Below, piece by piece: positions 1 to 8,085 of a stretch of DNA of 64,000 nt. The notes below the pieces were generated by a model. The model was not told where the DNA came from and did no database searches. It saw only the letters and a list, made by a program, of their open reading frames with translations. The DNA lies in sequence record OR539220.1; one strand, given 5' to 3'. Numbering within the stretch: position 1 is the first letter of the stretch; each line of letters begins with the position of its first letter. This stretch comes from Escherichia phage vB-Eco-KMB40. The position numbers and the translations under genes are program-made.

Positions 1-729
1 TTTATCTTTATTATCCCAATGATAGCCTTTTCGTCGAGATGCTATATGAGCTTTTCTAATCTCCGGATTTTTCCAACTAGCAGCTACTGAATTTGATATA
101 GCTATTTTATATTCAGGTTTTGATAAAGCAGCACGAACAGCCTTTTGGTGTTTAATTTTATTTTCTTCGTTATTAAACCATTCCCTTGAAGCCATTGAAA
201 TTTTTTGTTTTGTTTTAAAATTATTTAATCTTTCTTTGTTATCTTTCCTATTTTTTGCTACTGAAAAATATTTTAATGCCCTTTCTCTAGCAGCATTTCT
301 ATTTTGCGGATTTGAATAATACTGTTGAAGTCTTTTTGATATTGTGTCACTTACATCTTGTTTTATAAAACTATACTCAGCAGCTATTAAATCAACTTCG
401 GCTAAAGATAAATTTTTATATGTTTTTCCTGACATCATTCTATTTAAAGCATTTAGCATTTTTCCATTTTTACCTTTTGCTAATAAGAAATGTGCTTTAA
501 AATGATTAAAATGACTTAAATTAACTAAATTCCATGTAGATTTTAAATATTCAGGAAATATTGATTTAGGAAGCACGTGGTGTGCTTCCGTTTTACCTGG
601 AGTTTTAACAGTTGAATTCATAGAAATAAAATTAATGTAAGACTTGGCGTCTTCTTCACTCAACGCTAATTTTTCAACTAATTCCTTTATTAAAAATTCA
701 TCATTAATGTCAAGTTTAAAATTCTTCAC
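1..729 (-). CDS. HNH-family homing endonuclease (Mob-like), N-terminal 243 codons; C-terminus lies beyond window start
   Basis: Frame open from 729 to 1 with no stop (absent from ORF track because truncated by window edge); GTG start preceded by AAGGAA; translation contains HNH core EAHHVLPKS...NLVNLSHFNHFKAH followed by basic NUMOD-like repeats. Confidence 0.55.
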   Translation of the reverse strand, partial: MKNFKLDINDEFLIKELVEKLALSEEDAKSYINFISMNSTVKTPGKTEAHHVLPKSIFPEYLKSTWNLVNLSHFNHFKAHFLLAKGKNGKMLNALNRMMSGKTYKNLSLAEVDLIAAEYSFIKQDVSDTISKRLQQYYSNPQNRNAARERALKYFSVAKNRKDNKERLNNFKTKQKISMASREWFNNEENKIKHQKAVRAALSKPEYKIAISNSVAASWKNPEIRKAHIASRRKGYHWDNKDK

Positions 730-989
730 AAAAGATTCCTTTTAATGTATCTTTTAGACCATTCTATCATATCATCATAATCTAAAAAGTATTCATCAAA
801 TTCAGCCATGCAAACAACACCTTGTGCTGCTTTTGATGTGATATAAATTATTCCAACATATCTAGAATCTTCTTCGGTATAATCAATATTTGCTATGAAT
901 TCATCATTAATGTCAAATGTCGAAAACTTCACAGTATGCATCCTTAATACAAGATACAGCCATATCTCGTAATGATTTAGGTGTGTCAT
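726..989 (-). CDS. hypothetical ORF (87 aa); partly duplicates the 5' end of the HNH gene; coding status uncertain
   Basis: ORF track; peptide VKFSTFDINDEF resembles HNH N-terminus VKNFKLDINDEF; its stop TGA overlaps the HNH GTG start; overlaps 913..1176 in another frame. Confidence 0.25.
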   Translation of the reverse strand: MTHLNHYEIWLYLVLRMHTVKFSTFDINDEFIANIDYTEEDSRYVGIIYITSKAAQGVVCMAEFDEYFLDYDDMIEWSKRYIKRNLL

Positions 990-1176
990 TATCTAAAATG
1001 TTGAAGTTAAAAGATACAGCCCAGTCAGTGCAGACTGTAACCTTTTTAATACAATTATCTTCAACCTCTAACGGTTCAAACCAATATTCAATAATTTCTT
1101 TATGCCCAATATCATCTTTTACTTCACATTCAAAATGCTGACTCATCATAACATTTTTAAATTCATCAAAAGTCAT
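913..1176 (-). CDS. hypothetical small protein (87 aa)
   Basis: ORF track; start overlaps gene 47 stop (ATGA coupling). Confidence 0.5.
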   Translation of the reverse strand: MTFDEFKNVMMSQHFECEVKDDIGHKEIIEYWFEPLEVEDNCIKKVTVCTDWAVSFNFNILDNDTPKSLRDMAVSCIKDAYCEVFDI

Positions 1177-2192
1177 TGTGTTGCCTCTACATATAGCTGA
1201 TTTGCATATTGAATAAGTGCTTCGCGATCAGAATCAGTGATGTCTGGAATTGCATTAATGTATTCTTCCATCAACGTCTGAAGAGATTGAACTTCAACTT
1301 CTTCACTGTCATCTGACTCGACAGAGTTATCAATCTTTGACACAACTCGTAATGAATGCACAACTTTCTCTAGTTCAGATTCGAACTTCGTCAGATTTTT
1401 GTCTACTTCAGTTACTATAACACGTACTGATAGATTTGTAAAATCTTTATAGTCAATTTTTCCTTTAAATGGATAATGAATTCTACGATGCCAGGTAGTG
1501 TTGTTTGGAATAAATTCCATTCGTTCTGTTTCTGTATCAAACATCCAGAACCCACGAGGGTCATTCTCGTCACCGGCAGTTAGTGTCCATGGTGTCCCAA
1601 TATATCTGACGTTAGCAGCCTCAGAGATAGTATGGAAGTGACCAGACCACACCTCTTTATAAGTCTTAAGGAAATCAGGTTCAAGACCGTGAGATTTCAT
1701 TCCTTTATAAAAATAAAATCCATTCAGTTCCCAGTGACCAACACAAAAAGAAGCAGATGAAGTTTTGATGTGCTCAAGAATTTCACCAGTATTTTCTTCA
1801 CACATCCAAGGAATTAAATCAATTAAACATCCGTCAAAATCTACTGTAGTAGGCTTATCATATACTTTAACATTAGGATATTTAGCCAAAAGCTCAGTAG
1901 AGGCATTTGGAGTTAAAGTATTTTTAAAGTGCATATCATGGTTTCCTACAACAGTATGTAGGGTAATACCAGCATCATCAAGCATTTGAACTATTTCACG
2001 AGCGAACTCCATAGTTTTATGCGTGATTGCTTTTCGCACATCAAAAATATCGCCGTATTGAATCCATGTAGTAATTCCATTTTTCTTAGAATATTCTATT
2101 GCTTGTTTAATTCCATCCAACTGAATGGATTGAACCCACTCATCATCGGCTTTAACGCCTAAATGCCAATCACCTAAATTTAAAATTTTCAT
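1173..2192 (-). CDS. 47: recombination exonuclease subunit gp47 (Mre11/SbcD-like phosphoesterase)
   Basis: 339 aa; calcineurin-like phosphoesterase motifs (GDWHLG, GDIFD, GNHD, GHWE); length and N-terminus as in T4 gp47. Confidence 0.9.
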   Translation of the reverse strand: MKILNLGDWHLGVKADDEWVQSIQLDGIKQAIEYSKKNGITTWIQYGDIFDVRKAITHKTMEFAREIVQMLDDAGITLHTVVGNHDMHFKNTLTPNASTELLAKYPNVKVYDKPTTVDFDGCLIDLIPWMCEENTGEILEHIKTSSASFCVGHWELNGFYFYKGMKSHGLEPDFLKTYKEVWSGHFHTISEAANVRYIGTPWTLTAGDENDPRGFWMFDTETERMEFIPNNTTWHRRIHYPFKGKIDYKDFTNLSVRVIVTEVDKNLTKFESELEKVVHSLRVVSKIDNSVESDDSEEVEVQSLQTLMEEYINAIPDITDSDREALIQYANQLYVEATQ

Positions 2193-2353
2193 ATATCAAG
2201 AACCGTCATTGAAATGCAAAATAAAATTATTGAAATAAATCCATCTGGAGTGCTAAAGAACCCAATCCAACATGCTCTAGTGAATAGATAAAATGCGAGA
2301 AAAAGTATCACATATCCAAGAAATATCATTATATCAAACTCCGTATAAAGCTA

Positions 2354-2369
2354 AAGGGCCGAAGCCCTT
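2354..2369 (-). terminator. GC hairpin with TTCG loop (AAGGGC-TTCG-GCCCTT on minus strand) followed by U-rich tract
   Basis: Perfect inverted repeat at 3' end of a-gt, before gene 47. Confidence 0.4.
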
Positions 2370-3571
2370 TATTTTGTAATAATGTCAAACTGTTCTTTAA
2401 AGCAGAAGCTTGAATCTTGATGCTGATACAAAAATTCATAAGCTTTTTCGCGTTCGCGGTCATAAAGAGTTCGGTCAGATGACAGTTCTTTAATACGTTC
2501 AAATGTTGATTCCATGTCATTTTCATCAAACCAAATGATACCGCTATCATGCGAGGTCAAAGGAGTATTATCAACACGGAATTTTAAATTTTCGCCAGTA
2601 GATTTCCAAAATACCGGAATTGTTCCACATGCACCAAGCTCGAGATGAGTATATTCTAAAGAACGTTGTAGATATTTTTTATCCAACTTACTCAACTGAT
2701 AACCAAAACCGGATTTACTCATACGTTCAAGCATTTCGCTATTTACATAACGGTCAAGAATTTGCGTTGGCAAATTAGGAGCAATTTTAATTTGGTCTAC
2801 TTGATGAAGACGATAATACTCGTATGGAATTCCTTTTTCTTTAATAGGAATGAACGCTGGAGAACGTTCCAGACCTTCCATAATAGTACTTAGTCCTGCA
2901 GGTTTAAGATGTTTTTCATGAAAATCAAACATCTGATAAAAACCTTTCCATGTGGTCGTACGACCAATCCAACGGTTGATATTCATGTTAATTTCAGAAA
3001 CATCTTTCCAGTAGGTTGACCGAACCTTCGCAATATCCATAGGAGGCTGAAAGTTATATACTGTCGGTGCTTCTTCAATATCATCAAACAGAGAAACTGT
3101 TTCAGGATACCATTCTTTCATCAGAACTTTATTAAAATCACCATTATCAGAATGGCTAAAAATAACATCAGCTCGACGAACAGTTTCTTCTAATCCCAAA
3201 TTTCGACGCAAAGAAAGAGAAGAATGGTCATGTTGATAAACTACAACACGAACAGAAGGTTTAATGTTATCAATAATTTTTTTATAGTTATTAATAGTGT
3301 CTTCTTCAACCGAAGTAGCAGGAACTGAATTGATAATTAGAATATCACAATCATTTACCAGCTTAAGTGTTTTATCATATTCTTTTGCCAATAAAACCGG
3401 AATTGAAAATGATTTATAATCATGCGCGCAATTACGAGTAAATGATTTATCTTTAGCATAAACCAAAGTTACTTCATGACCATTCTTAATAAACCAATCA
3501 CGTTGCTCAAGAGAAAATTTAGTTACACCACAACCTTCAAGACCTCGAGCCATAAAAATACATACTTTCAT
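2369..3571 (-). CDS. a-gt: DNA alpha-glucosyltransferase (glucosylation of hydroxymethyl-cytosine DNA)
   Basis: 400 aa; N-terminus MKVCIFMARGLEGCGVTKFSLEQ and length match T4 alpha-gt as recalled; position between 47 and 55. Confidence 0.85.
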   Translation of the reverse strand: MKVCIFMARGLEGCGVTKFSLEQRDWFIKNGHEVTLVYAKDKSFTRNCAHDYKSFSIPVLLAKEYDKTLKLVNDCDILIINSVPATSVEEDTINNYKKIIDNIKPSVRVVVYQHDHSSLSLRRNLGLEETVRRADVIFSHSDNGDFNKVLMKEWYPETVSLFDDIEEAPTVYNFQPPMDIAKVRSTYWKDVSEINMNINRWIGRTTTWKGFYQMFDFHEKHLKPAGLSTIMEGLERSPAFIPIKEKGIPYEYYRLHQVDQIKIAPNLPTQILDRYVNSEMLERMSKSGFGYQLSKLDKKYLQRSLEYTHLELGACGTIPVFWKSTGENLKFRVDNTPLTSHDSGIIWFDENDMESTFERIKELSSDRTLYDREREKAYEFLYQHQDSSFCFKEQFDIITK

Positions 3572-3622
3572 TTAATATCCTCTTTGTTTTGGTTTATTTT
3601 ACCAAAAATTTATAAAGCAATA

Positions 3623-3640
3623 TAGGAGCCGAAGCTCCTA
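3623..3640 (-). terminator. terminator-like hairpin (TAGGAGC-TTCG-GCTCCTA on minus strand)
   Basis: Perfect inverted repeat upstream of a-gt; U-rich tract follows after a few nt. Confidence 0.35.
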
Positions 3641-3829
3641 TCCACATAATACGCCATACAGAGGCTCGTTAGAACTTTTAAATTTTATGCGCTTATATTT
3701 TATAGTTCCTTCTGCTTTAGCTTTATCATGAGACTCTTTAAAGCGTCTCATCATTTCCTCTTGAGAGGAACGAATTTTATTATAATCTATTTCAGAAGTC
3801 TGGTGTTCATCTTTCATAACTGCCACCAT
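3638..3829 (-). CDS. hypothetical small protein (63 aa)
   Basis: ORF track; member of overlapping minus-strand gene chain between 55 and a-gt. Confidence 0.4.
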   Translation of the reverse strand: MVAVMKDEHQTSEIDYNKIRSSQEEMMRRFKESHDKAKAEGTIKYKRIKFKSSNEPLYGVLCG

Positions 3830-4020
3830 TTTTTGACTTGATAAGAATCAACCCACACTTTCATATTGGGGTCTGCTCTTACAATAGGAGGATTAACTTC
3901 TTTAATTGAACTATCATGGTATTCTTTTTCAGAAATTTTCACACAAAGATGACCATTCAAAGATTCAGTAAATCCTGCATTAATTTTAAGACGCTTGAAT
4001 TTTACGTGTGTAAGCATCAA
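3814..4020 (-). CDS. hypothetical small protein (68 aa)
   Basis: ORF track; gene chain. Confidence 0.4.
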   Translation of the reverse strand: MMLTHVKFKRLKINAGFTESLNGHLCVKISEKEYHDSSIKEVNPPIVRADPNMKVWVDSYQVKKWWQL

Positions 4021-4303
4021 TCATATCCTCAATCTGCGATCTAGTAGTCTTCCAAAGAATACTGATGAGTTCATCGTTATATGGCTGTTTCAGAATATCC
4101 CGACTTTTCTTGATAGCATATTCGTATTGAGCAAAATTATTATTTTCAGCTGCAATCTGAGCGTGCTTATAAAGACGATTCAGTTCGCGTTTGTTTTTAG
4201 ACAATAACTTATTTGCTTTTCTTTCTGCTTCAAGACGGTTCTTTTCTTCAATAGAAGAAATAAGCTTTTCCACTTCATCATTAATTTCGGGTTTATCAGT
4301 CAT
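3986..4303 (-). CDS. hypothetical protein (105 aa), charged coiled-coil-like
   Basis: ORF track; gene chain. Confidence 0.45.
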   Translation of the reverse strand: MTDKPEINDEVEKLISSIEEKNRLEAERKANKLLSKNKRELNRLYKHAQIAAENNNFAQYEYAIKKSRDILKQPYNDELISILWKTTRSQIEDMIDAYTRKIQAS

Positions 4304-4304
4304 A

Positions 4305-4523
4305 TTATTTCTCTAATATAAAATAAAAATCATCATCTGTTAAATGATACCGATAGTTTAATTCTACACCATTAGATTTAAAAGCGGTATCATACGGATT
4401 TTCTGGATCAATATCAATGTCAAGAGCTAAAACTTCCCTGAGATACATTTTAAGTAAATAGGGAATAGCTTCAACTTCAGGTATTTCTTCCAAGAATCCG
4501 GAGAGGTTAATCGTTAGCCTCAT
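4305..4523 (-). CDS. hypothetical small protein (72 aa)
   Basis: ORF track; directly downstream of gene 55. Confidence 0.45.
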
Positions 4524-5064
4524 ATAAAAAATCCAAACTAGGAGAATCGTCTACAACACTTTTCTTTTCAGCCCCCGGTGTTCTATAGGTTGATTCTTCG
4601 TAATGCGTCATTTTATCGTAGATGTCTTGAATAAAAGTTTCATCTACTAACGCAACCATATCGTCGTCACGACTGTCATAGACATTGTGAACGAAGTAAC
4701 TATATTTCTTTGCAACTTCCTTACGTTCTTTTTTAATACGTTGGACGAATGCATTAAAACAAGCTTGAGTTATATACGCATGTGGGTTTTTATATTTCGT
4801 TTCATCAAAATTATGAAGCCCCTTAATAGAAGCTTCTATACCATCTGCAATCATTTCTTGTTTCCAAGACTGGGTGTATCCTGAAAAGTTGAAACGTTTA
4901 GATAAGCCTTCTGCAATAAGCATAATGGCTAATCCGATAGTATCATTCTGACGAACTACTTTATTTGGGTCTTTATTATTTGCTAATTCTGTTTTCCAAT
5001 CAATAATAGCCTGTAAAAGCTCTTTATTGTTTACGTAATTATATTTAGGCTTAGTTTCTGACAT
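4507..5064 (-). CDS. 55: late-transcription sigma factor gp55
   Basis: 185 aa from ATG at 5064 (track start is an upstream GTG); GAGGTG SD; length and position as T4 gp55. Confidence 0.85.
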
Positions 5065-5144
5065 TTTCACCTCTTAGCTCAATTCATAGATCTATTATAT
5101 CATAATATTTGAAGATCTATCTTAAAGCATAGAGGATGAATCAG

Positions 5145-5414
5145 TTATCTAAGTAAACAGTATGCTTGGAACACTTTCTCCATCATCTTTTTAAATTCAT
5201 GAATATCTATATAATGACTAGTTAAATCAGCATGATATAAAAAGTCTAAAAACTTTTCATGTGTGCTAACATATTCACTTTCATTTAATTCAGAAACATG
5301 ACTTTCCCAATATCCAACACCAGTCTTATTTGGGAAAAATGAAATTTTCATATATTGGTCAACATAGAAAATGCCATAATTTTCAATAGTAATAGAAATA
5401 TTAATAAATTTCAT
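5145..5414 (-). CDS. hypothetical protein (89 aa)
   Basis: ORF track; gene chain between nrdH and 55. Confidence 0.4.
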   Translation of the reverse strand: MKFINISITIENYGIFYVDQYMKISFFPNKTGVGYWESHVSELNESEYVSTHEKFLDFLYHADLTSHYIDIHEFKKMMEKVFQAYCLLR

Positions 5415-5632
5415 ACATTCATCAACTTAGCCGCTTCGAGAGCTGCATCTATTGAATCAAATTGGTCAACATATTCAATCAATTCGCCGTAATTAGCATA
5501 TAACCACCATTGGCTAAATTCATACTCAAGGATGAATCCGTTTCCTTCAATTTGAGTTAAACCAATGCCATTTGTATTTACTTCATACCCAGCAAGACGC
5601 AAATCGTTAATAAGAGCTTCGTTCATATTCAT
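5411..5632 (-). CDS. hypothetical protein (73 aa)
   Basis: ORF track; ATGA start/stop overlap with neighbours. Confidence 0.4.
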   Translation of the reverse strand: MNMNEALINDLRLAGYEVNTNGIGLTQIEGNGFILEYEFSQWWLYANYGELIEYVDQFDSIDAALEAAKLMNV

Positions 5633-5955
5633 ACCTTAGTAATTTTCAGGTCTGCAAATTTTTTCTTGCGTTGATTTTTCATGCGACGAATAGTCTTATC
5701 GGAAATTTCACGCTTTTGATAAGCTTTAGATTCTACACCGAAAGCTTTAACATCAAATTCTGACAAGATATATTGAACCAACAATTCACGGACAGTATTG
5801 CGTCCAATCTTCTGATCATTCTGTTTCATCGTCTGATGAAGCTCTTTTTCCCATTTATCCAAAATTTGAGGAGTTACAATATCGCCTTTTTCTAACAAAG
5901 AAACTACTTTATCATATGCGTAAGAATTGATGGCGTTTTTAATTTGAATAGTCAT
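5629..5955 (-). CDS. hypothetical protein (108 aa), basic C-terminus
   Basis: ORF track; gene chain. Confidence 0.4.
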   Translation of the reverse strand: MTIQIKNAINSYAYDKVVSLLEKGDIVTPQILDKWEKELHQTMKQNDQKIGRNTVRELLVQYILSEFDVKAFGVESKAYQKREISDKTIRRMKNQRKKKFADLKITKV

Positions 5956-5990
5956 ACATTATCCTCAATTACGTTAAAATTTTATTATCC

Positions 5991-6009
5991 AAAAAGGGCC
6001 GAAGCCCTT
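5991..6009 (-). terminator. intrinsic terminator (AGGGC-TTCG-GCCCT hairpin plus T-run on minus strand)
   Basis: Perfect GC hairpin followed by TTTTT on the transcribed strand, just 3' of ORF 6008..6208. Confidence 0.55.
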
Positions 6010-6208
6010 AGCTAAACTTTTTGGCACCCTTCCAGCCTTCGTACATCATTGCGACTGACAATGACAAAGCTCCTTCACATGCTGCATACTTATTATTCCA
6101 GAACCAATTTAGAAAAACTTCATCCTCAATACCATTGTGTTTCATGTTCTGGAAAAATTTGGCGCGTTCTTCAGCAATTCGCTGTGATAATTTAGATTCA
6201 GGATTCAT
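6008..6208 (-). CDS. hypothetical small protein (66 aa)
   Basis: ORF track. Confidence 0.4.
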   Translation of the reverse strand: MNPESKLSQRIAEERAKFFQNMKHNGIEDEVFLNWFWNNKYAACEGALSLSVAMMYEGWKGAKKFS

Positions 6209-6425
6209 TTAAATTTTTCCAGTTACCGTTTTCATCAATAAATTTAATCCAGTCATTTACTGACCACTTGGTCGTATCGCCTTTTGGAGTAACATTTAAA
6301 GTGTATAACCCTTGTTTAAAAAGCATTCGTTTGATATTCATATTTTCCTCAGCTGTAACGATAACACTCGTTTGATTTACGTTTAGCAACTCGTTGAGAA
6401 ATATTATAATCAAAATCATCATCAA
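6198..6425 (-). CDS. hypothetical small protein (true start possibly internal ATG near 6344)
   Basis: ORF track; N-terminal part overlaps upstream ORF. Confidence 0.3.
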   Translation of the reverse strand: MMMILIIIFLNELLNVNQTSVIVTAEENMNIKRMLFKQGLYTLNVTPKGDTTKWSVNDWIKFIDENGNWKNLNES

Positions 6426-6687
6426 TGTAAACAGATTTTTTCAACTTTCTTACTTCGCCGCGTAATTGACGATTTAACTCATCTTTAACTTCTGAATCAA
6501 TACCTTTCATTCTACGCCATTTATCTGAGCGAAAAATGTTTTCAACCATATCTTTATGACTTACACCATCAGGAGCTTTACGCTTTCCGAAATAGTCATA
6601 ATCACGCACTTTTAAGTCTTTACGACGATACGTTTTACCCATGGAGTTTAATTTCCTTAGCAACTGAACTAAATACAGCACGATCAC
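6349..6687 (-). CDS. hypothetical basic protein (true start possibly near 6642)
   Basis: ORF track; Lys/Arg-rich. Confidence 0.35.
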   Translation of the reverse strand: MIVLYLVQLLRKLNSMGKTYRRKDLKVRDYDYFGKRKAPDGVSHKDMVENIFRSDKWRRMKGIDSEVKDELNRQLRGEVRKLKKSVYIDDDFDYNISQRVAKRKSNECYRYS

Positions 6688-6817
6688 AAATCATACGTTT
6701 ATGTAATTTGATTATAAGATAGTAAACATCAAAACCATTTACATAAGTAACACGAACAACATTACCATTAATAAGATAATACTGTCCCTTTTTAATTTCT
6801 TTATCAACCACAACCAT
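6635..6817 (-). CDS. hypothetical small protein (60 aa)
   Basis: ORF track; first gene downstream of early promoter at 6848..6877. Confidence 0.4.
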   Translation of the reverse strand: MVVVDKEIKKGQYYLINGNVVRVTYVNGFDVYYLIIKLHKRMICDRAVFSSVAKEIKLHG

Positions 6818-6847
6818 ATCAATTCCTCAAAGGTAATTCATATGTTA

Positions 6848-6877
6848 ATAATACCATGGTTTGAACTTGTTGTAAAC
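6848..6877 (-). promoter_or_regulatory. T4-type early promoter (-35 GTTTACA, 17-bp spacer, -10 TATTAT; A/T-rich UP element)
   Basis: Minus strand reads TTTTTCACAAAGTTGTTTACA-N17-TATTAT; same architecture recurs at at least 11 other sites. Confidence 0.6.
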
Positions 6878-6958
6878 AACTTTGTGAAAAATATTTTAGG
6901 GAATGATAAGAAAGGAACGATAGCTTAGAATGGTAATATACAGAATGTGAGAAAGAAA

Positions 6959-6971
6959 GGCCCAGAGGGCC
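6959..6971 (-). terminator. terminator-like GC hairpin (GGCCC-TCT-GGGCC) plus U-rich tract
   Basis: Inverted repeat directly 3' of nrdH stop. Confidence 0.45.
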
Positions 6972-6975
6972 CGTC

Positions 6976-7284
6976 TTAATCTTCTATGATATCTCTATCA
7001 TATCCAAGTGAAATGAGAGTTTCTTTGAAGTGTTTAATGTTCTTTTGTCTAGAATCATTAATGAAAATGACCGGATAACGAATGTTAAGAGATGTGAATC
7101 CAGCGCGTTTAGCAAGAGATACAATCAGCGGACGATCATACTCAATCTTACCATTATTTGTAAGAACTTTATAGAAAGTAAAAGGAGCATTGAGCTCCTT
7201 TAGAAGTTTTGTAACTGATTGACATCCAGGACAACGACCTACTTCATCTGGAATTCCATAGACTTCAATCTTATTTTGTTTCAC
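6976..7284 (-). CDS. nrdH: glutaredoxin-like protein NrdH
   Basis: 102 aa; CPGC redox motif near N-terminus; adjacent to nrdG/nrdD. Confidence 0.8.
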   Translation of the reverse strand: MKQNKIEVYGIPDEVGRCPGCQSVTKLLKELNAPFTFYKVLTNNGKIEYDRPLIVSLAKRAGFTSLNIRYPVIFINDSRQKNIKHFKETLISLGYDRDIIED

Positions 7285-7286
7285 AA

Positions 7287-7499
7287 CTATTCCTTACTAA
7301 GAGCAGCATTCAGCTTGTTAGTAATTTTATCCAGACGCTCATTAAACTCACTAGAAGATAAGCCCTTTTCTGGAGAAATTAAACTAATCACGAAAAATAT
7401 AGCAATAAAAGGAATAAGGAAAATAGCTCCAACTGCCATAAACAGAAAGAACGTTACAGTTGTAAGAAAATCAGCTAAACCTTTACGAAATTTATACAT
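7287..7499 (-). CDS. small membrane protein (70 aa)
   Basis: ORF track; long hydrophobic core VTFFLFMAVGAIFLIPFIAIFFVISLI. Confidence 0.5.
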   Translation of the reverse strand: MYKFRKGLADFLTTVTFFLFMAVGAIFLIPFIAIFFVISLISPEKGLSSSEFNERLDKITNKLNAALSKE

Positions 7500-7614
7500 A
7501 TTTTACCCTTAATTGATTAACCAAGCATTGATAAGCACTAAACTATATTGCGAATAAAATTCTGGACCAAAATGAAAAATCATATCATTTATAGTATCCA
7601 TAATGTAATTCAAT

Positions 7615-8085
7615 TTAATCATGTGTCCACACCCCATCGGTATTTGACCAAAGTCGCTGATTATCTGATCCTCGCCACAGCTTTTTAGTCGGAAGATTTT
7701 TCTCATACTTCCCATCAATAATAACATCAACATATTTAAGCATTTCTAGTTGTTTAATATCTTCAAACTTATATCCTGTCCACAACCAAATGCTTTTATT
7801 GGGATAAAGATTTTTAATAGTTTGAACCACAGAGTGAATCACGTCTCTGTTATCAGGATAAAGAGGGTCACCTCCGGTTATAGTCAATCCTTCTATATAA
7901 TCATTATTCAAACATTCAATTAATTGTTCTAGTGTTTCACCAGTGAATGGAACACCATTTCTAGCATTCCATGTTGATTTATTATAACACCCTTCACATT
8001 TATGCAAACACCCCGTAACGAAAAGAACGACCCTGCAACCAGGGCCATTCACAAAATCGCAAGGATAAAATCTATCATAATTCAT
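7615..8085 (-). CDS. nrdG: anaerobic ribonucleotide reductase activating protein NrdG (radical SAM)
   Basis: 156 aa; Cys cluster CRVVLFVTGCLHKCEGC; immediately 3' of nrdD. Confidence 0.9.
   Translation of the reverse strand: MNYDRFYPCDFVNGPGCRVVLFVTGCLHKCEGCYNKSTWNARNGVPFTGETLEQLIECLNNDYIEGLTITGGDPLYPDNRDVIHSVVQTIKNLYPNKSIWLWTGYKFEDIKQLEMLKYVDVIIDGKYEKNLPTKKLWRGSDNQRLWSNTDGVWTHD

Noticed and set aside
7509-7733. 74-aa ORF overlapping the 3' end of nrdG
   Set aside because: Most of it overlaps nrdG out of frame; only a ~37-codon non-overlapping remnant would be left, too short to support
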